This document shows, piece by piece, positions 60,850 through 64,000 of a stretch of 64,000 bases of DNA. The stretch is from the human T2T-CHM13v2.0 reference genome, Homo sapiens. The stretch lies in assembly GCF_009914755.1 (NCBI RefSeq), contig NC_060926.1; one strand, 5' to 3'. The notes below the pieces were generated by a model. The model did not search any database, was not told the origin of the DNA, and was given only the letters and a program-made list of their open reading frames with translations. Numbering within the stretch: position 1 is the stretch's first letter; each line of letters begins with the position of its first letter. The translations under genes were made by a program, and so were the position numbers.

Positions 60850-61137
60850 TTTATTTTTTGTTTTTTTAAGACAGAGTCTCACTCTGTCACTCAGGTTGCA
60901 GTGCAGTGACATGATCATGACTCACTGTAGCCTCGACTTCCTGGGCTCAAGTGATCCTCCAGACTCAGCCTCCCAAGTAGCTGAGACTACAGTTGTGTGC
61001 CACCATGCCTTGCTAATTTTTGCAGAGATGGGGTCTCACTATGTTGCCCAGGCTGGTCTCAAACTCCTGGGCTCAAGCGATCCTCTAGCCTTGGCCTCCT
61101 AAAATGATGGGATTACAGGCAGGAGCCACTGTGCCCA
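60850..61137 (-). mobile_element. Alu (AluJ-like)
   Basis: Alu consensus. Confidence 0.88.
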
Positions 61138-62554
61138 CATGATTTATTTTTCATTCAGTTGAATTAACACACCTGGGACAAAAAAGTAAACTTGCATGCT
61201 TTTCATTAATAAATTCCGTGAGGAAAGCAAGTCATTCTCACTTTTGTTTAAATCGAGACAGCTATAGACAAGAAAAAGAATAGGGCGTCAACACATTCTT
61301 TTCTTATTTTAATTATCTCGAATAAAAAGGGTCAAGGAGAGGAATCTGATAACAAATAGGGCGAGGCTGGCATGCAGGCTGCTAATGTGAACACAGTTAC
61401 TTTACTGTAACTTTTCTTTTTGGGAAAATCTCTTCAAAAGGCTCCTAGATTAAAGCTCTGATATCCCTTTCAGTGTGTTGAATTCTGAATTCTGAAGCTT
61501 GCTGGTTGGAAGGAAGCACAGGTAATTTTTTTTTTTTAATCCCAGGAACTCAGAGACTCAAAGGTTTTAAAGTCCTGTGCCCATGGCGAATTGCCAACTA
61601 AAAGGGGATGGAGCAGAACGGGGTCCCTAGGTGTGGAGACCATTGTCATCAAGAGTCAGAAAATGGAATGGCTCTGTATGTAGGTCAGCGACCCCCTCTC
61701 TACTGTGAGGTAAAAAAATTAAGGATGACCTAAAATCTACTGTGTTTAAAAAGATTGCAGAGAAAGTAGCTCTTTCTTGTCAAAGTGATAATGTTTATAC
61801 TACCTGAAGCCAGACCTCCTCAGAGTATGACTTTAGGGGGACTCTTTAGAGCTGAAAAGCCATGGTCAAAACCTCAGGCCCTTTCGACATCTATTAACTT
61901 TTTATCCTTCAAGGTAGTTGGCTGTGTTATTGTAGAGGTGTTCAATGGGACCTGCCAGCATATTCCATTATCATCATTGATATTGAAGGGATTCTAAGTC
62001 AGCTGTTACAGAGTTCTGCCTGAAATGCTGGTTGATTCATCACTTACCTTAAACTTTCCCCCAATAATCTGGATTTAAATAAGTCAAGAGTGTCAAATTA
62101 AACAGCCAAAGGGAAAGACTCCCATAGAGCGACACAGAGAAGAGAAAATGAAACAAGAAAGAAGAAAGAGGAGGAAGAAGAGGAAGACAGAAGAAGAGAG
62201 ATTTTTTAAATCCCCACTTTAATAAAAAGACATTTAAAAAGTCCTTATTAAACAATGGCCTGGGCCTGTATGATTTTTGTAAAACCAACGGAAGCCAGGA
62301 TATTAGATTCTATTGTTCAGTGTGTAAGCTGAGTAGCTCTGGTGGTCTGCATATGGCCTCAGCTCCTTATGGTGTCCAAATGTAAGCTTGTTGGCGTCTC
62401 TTCAGCAGTGTTGCAATGATTCACAGCATTTTGTGTTTATTTTGTGCTATGATTGGGTGCTGCATTCTGATTTCTTAGTAAGAAGCAATATTTTTCTGAT
62501 CCTTTAAAGTGGGAGAGGAGTTGGGGCCCAAGGTATGAAGCAGACTTGATTTTT

Positions 62555-62815
62555 AAAAACCTTTTTATTTTTAAATTATTTTAGATTTTCAGAGGAGTTG
62601 CAAAGATAGCATAGAGAGTTTCTGAATACGCTTCACCCAGCTTCCCCTAAAGTTAATATCTAATATTATTATGGTATATTTGTCAAAACTAAGAAATTAA
62701 CAATGGTACAAGACTATTAACCAAACTGTTGACTTTATTTGGATTTTACCATGTTTCCCACAAATGTTCATGTTCAGTTTTAGGATCTAATACAGGATAC
62801 CATGTTGCATTTAAA
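62555..62815 (-). mobile_element. L1MC-like 3' fragment
   Basis: gttgcaaagatag...ttcacccagcttcccct...gtcaaaactaagaaattaac. Confidence 0.6.
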
Positions 62816-63124
62816 GAACTTAATTTTGAACAAGAGAATAATAAATATAGCCATGCATTTTGGCAAGGCGGGGAGGGAGGAATGGTGAATACCCTGACTT
62901 GGAATATCATCAAATGGGTTATATTTTCCATAGGAACATGTTATAATGGGGAGTTATGTTCTTGACTAGAGACATTATAGCAAATAAATCATAAATGACC
63001 AATAACTATGGAGATAAAGGAAAGAAACATCAAGCCCCCAAATGAATTTGAAATAGTAAAATATAGTTTCAATTCCTGTAAAAGAAATACAGTGATTAGA
63101 CATGAGGCCCCAACAATTGCAGTC

Positions 63125-63325
63125 AGCACCTGCTCCTTACTATATGCTAGGTGCTCTTCTAAGCAAATTAGCTATAGTAATTCATTTAATTCTCATAACC
63201 ATCCTATGTAGTAGGCTCAATTATCAACCCTATTTTACAAGTGAGAACACAGAGACATAGAAAAATAACTTGTCCAATGTTGCACAGCTAGTAAGTGTTG
63301 GAATTAGAATTCAACCTGGGCCTCA
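63125..63325. mobile_element. MIR
   Basis: MIR core atttaattctcataac...attttacaagtgagaacacagag...acttgtccaa..gcacagctagtaag. Confidence 0.75.
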
Positions 63326-64000
63326 AATGTGGTAAAATATCTATGTGTAGATATAAAATTGTATAGTATGAAAATGTGATCAAACTTGAATGCAATCAAT
63401 ACACAATTGAATAATTTTGCCTCTTTTCTTAGTATGTAGAAAGACTTTTGCAATTGATTTGGTTGGCTTATGTCCTTTAATGAAGCTGATGCTTCTTTCT
63501 GTCTTAGAAACTTTCTGGTAGAAATCCACTGGCATCCCATTCTTAACCTCCATGCATACAATATATCTGACATATTCTGGTCCAATGTTTGACACATTGC
63601 CATAGCATTACCTTCCTCTTCCCTGAAACTGCAAGCATTTTGAGGGCAGGGACTATGTCTAATGCAGCCCAGCCTCAGCCCCTTACAGGGTTCAATAACT
63701 GGTGATTGAATGCTTGCAGGAATGGAGTCAATATTGGTTGACCTTGGAGCTGTGTGTTTCAAAATAAATGGAATTTCTATAATTTTTTCACAAGATGATA
63801 CCTTTTTACATCCCAGCAAATCATCTATCAGATGAGTCAAGAACAAAAATTGGAAGTGAATGCAAGGTAGAAATTAATCCATGTCTAAAGAATAGTTGGA
63901 AAGAAAGCCTCCTGGTGGAAAGTGGAGAATGCTGGTAGCCAAGGATGGAAATGTGTCACAAGGTTGGAACTTACTCCCCAATATGATTGGCAGTATTGGA

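Overview
Human genomic DNA, recognised as the chr2q37.2 GBX2-ASB18 locus. It contains the complete two-exon homeobox gene GBX2 (minus strand, 348 aa; CDS 3176-3698 + 1641-2164) inside a ~17 kb CpG-island cluster that is almost free of transposons and rich in enhancer-like elements. It also contains the last three coding exons of ASB18 (minus strand; ankyrin repeats + SOCS box; 50090-50594, 32000-32113, 30600-30785); the earlier exons lie beyond the window end. From ~17.7 kb onward the sequence is dominated by Alu, L1, L2, MIR, MaLR LTRs (including a full-length MST element with TSD), MER6 and a retroposed U1 snRNA pseudogene. Nearly all other ORFs in the track are GC-rich shadow frames or Alu-derived. 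I found no convincing new multi-gene system. The best leads are smaller: a GC-AG intron in ASB18, an in-frame uORF and weak Kozak start in GBX2, two short locally templated copies inside TA-rich tracts, a possible MER6-derived poly(A) signal for ASB18, co-oriented CTCF-like motifs, a PBX-HOX/MEIS/TCF enhancer candidate, a recursive-splice-like site on the antisense strand, and repeated Alu insertion at identical target sites. Repeat subfamily names and most repeat boundaries were judged by eye and are approximate.
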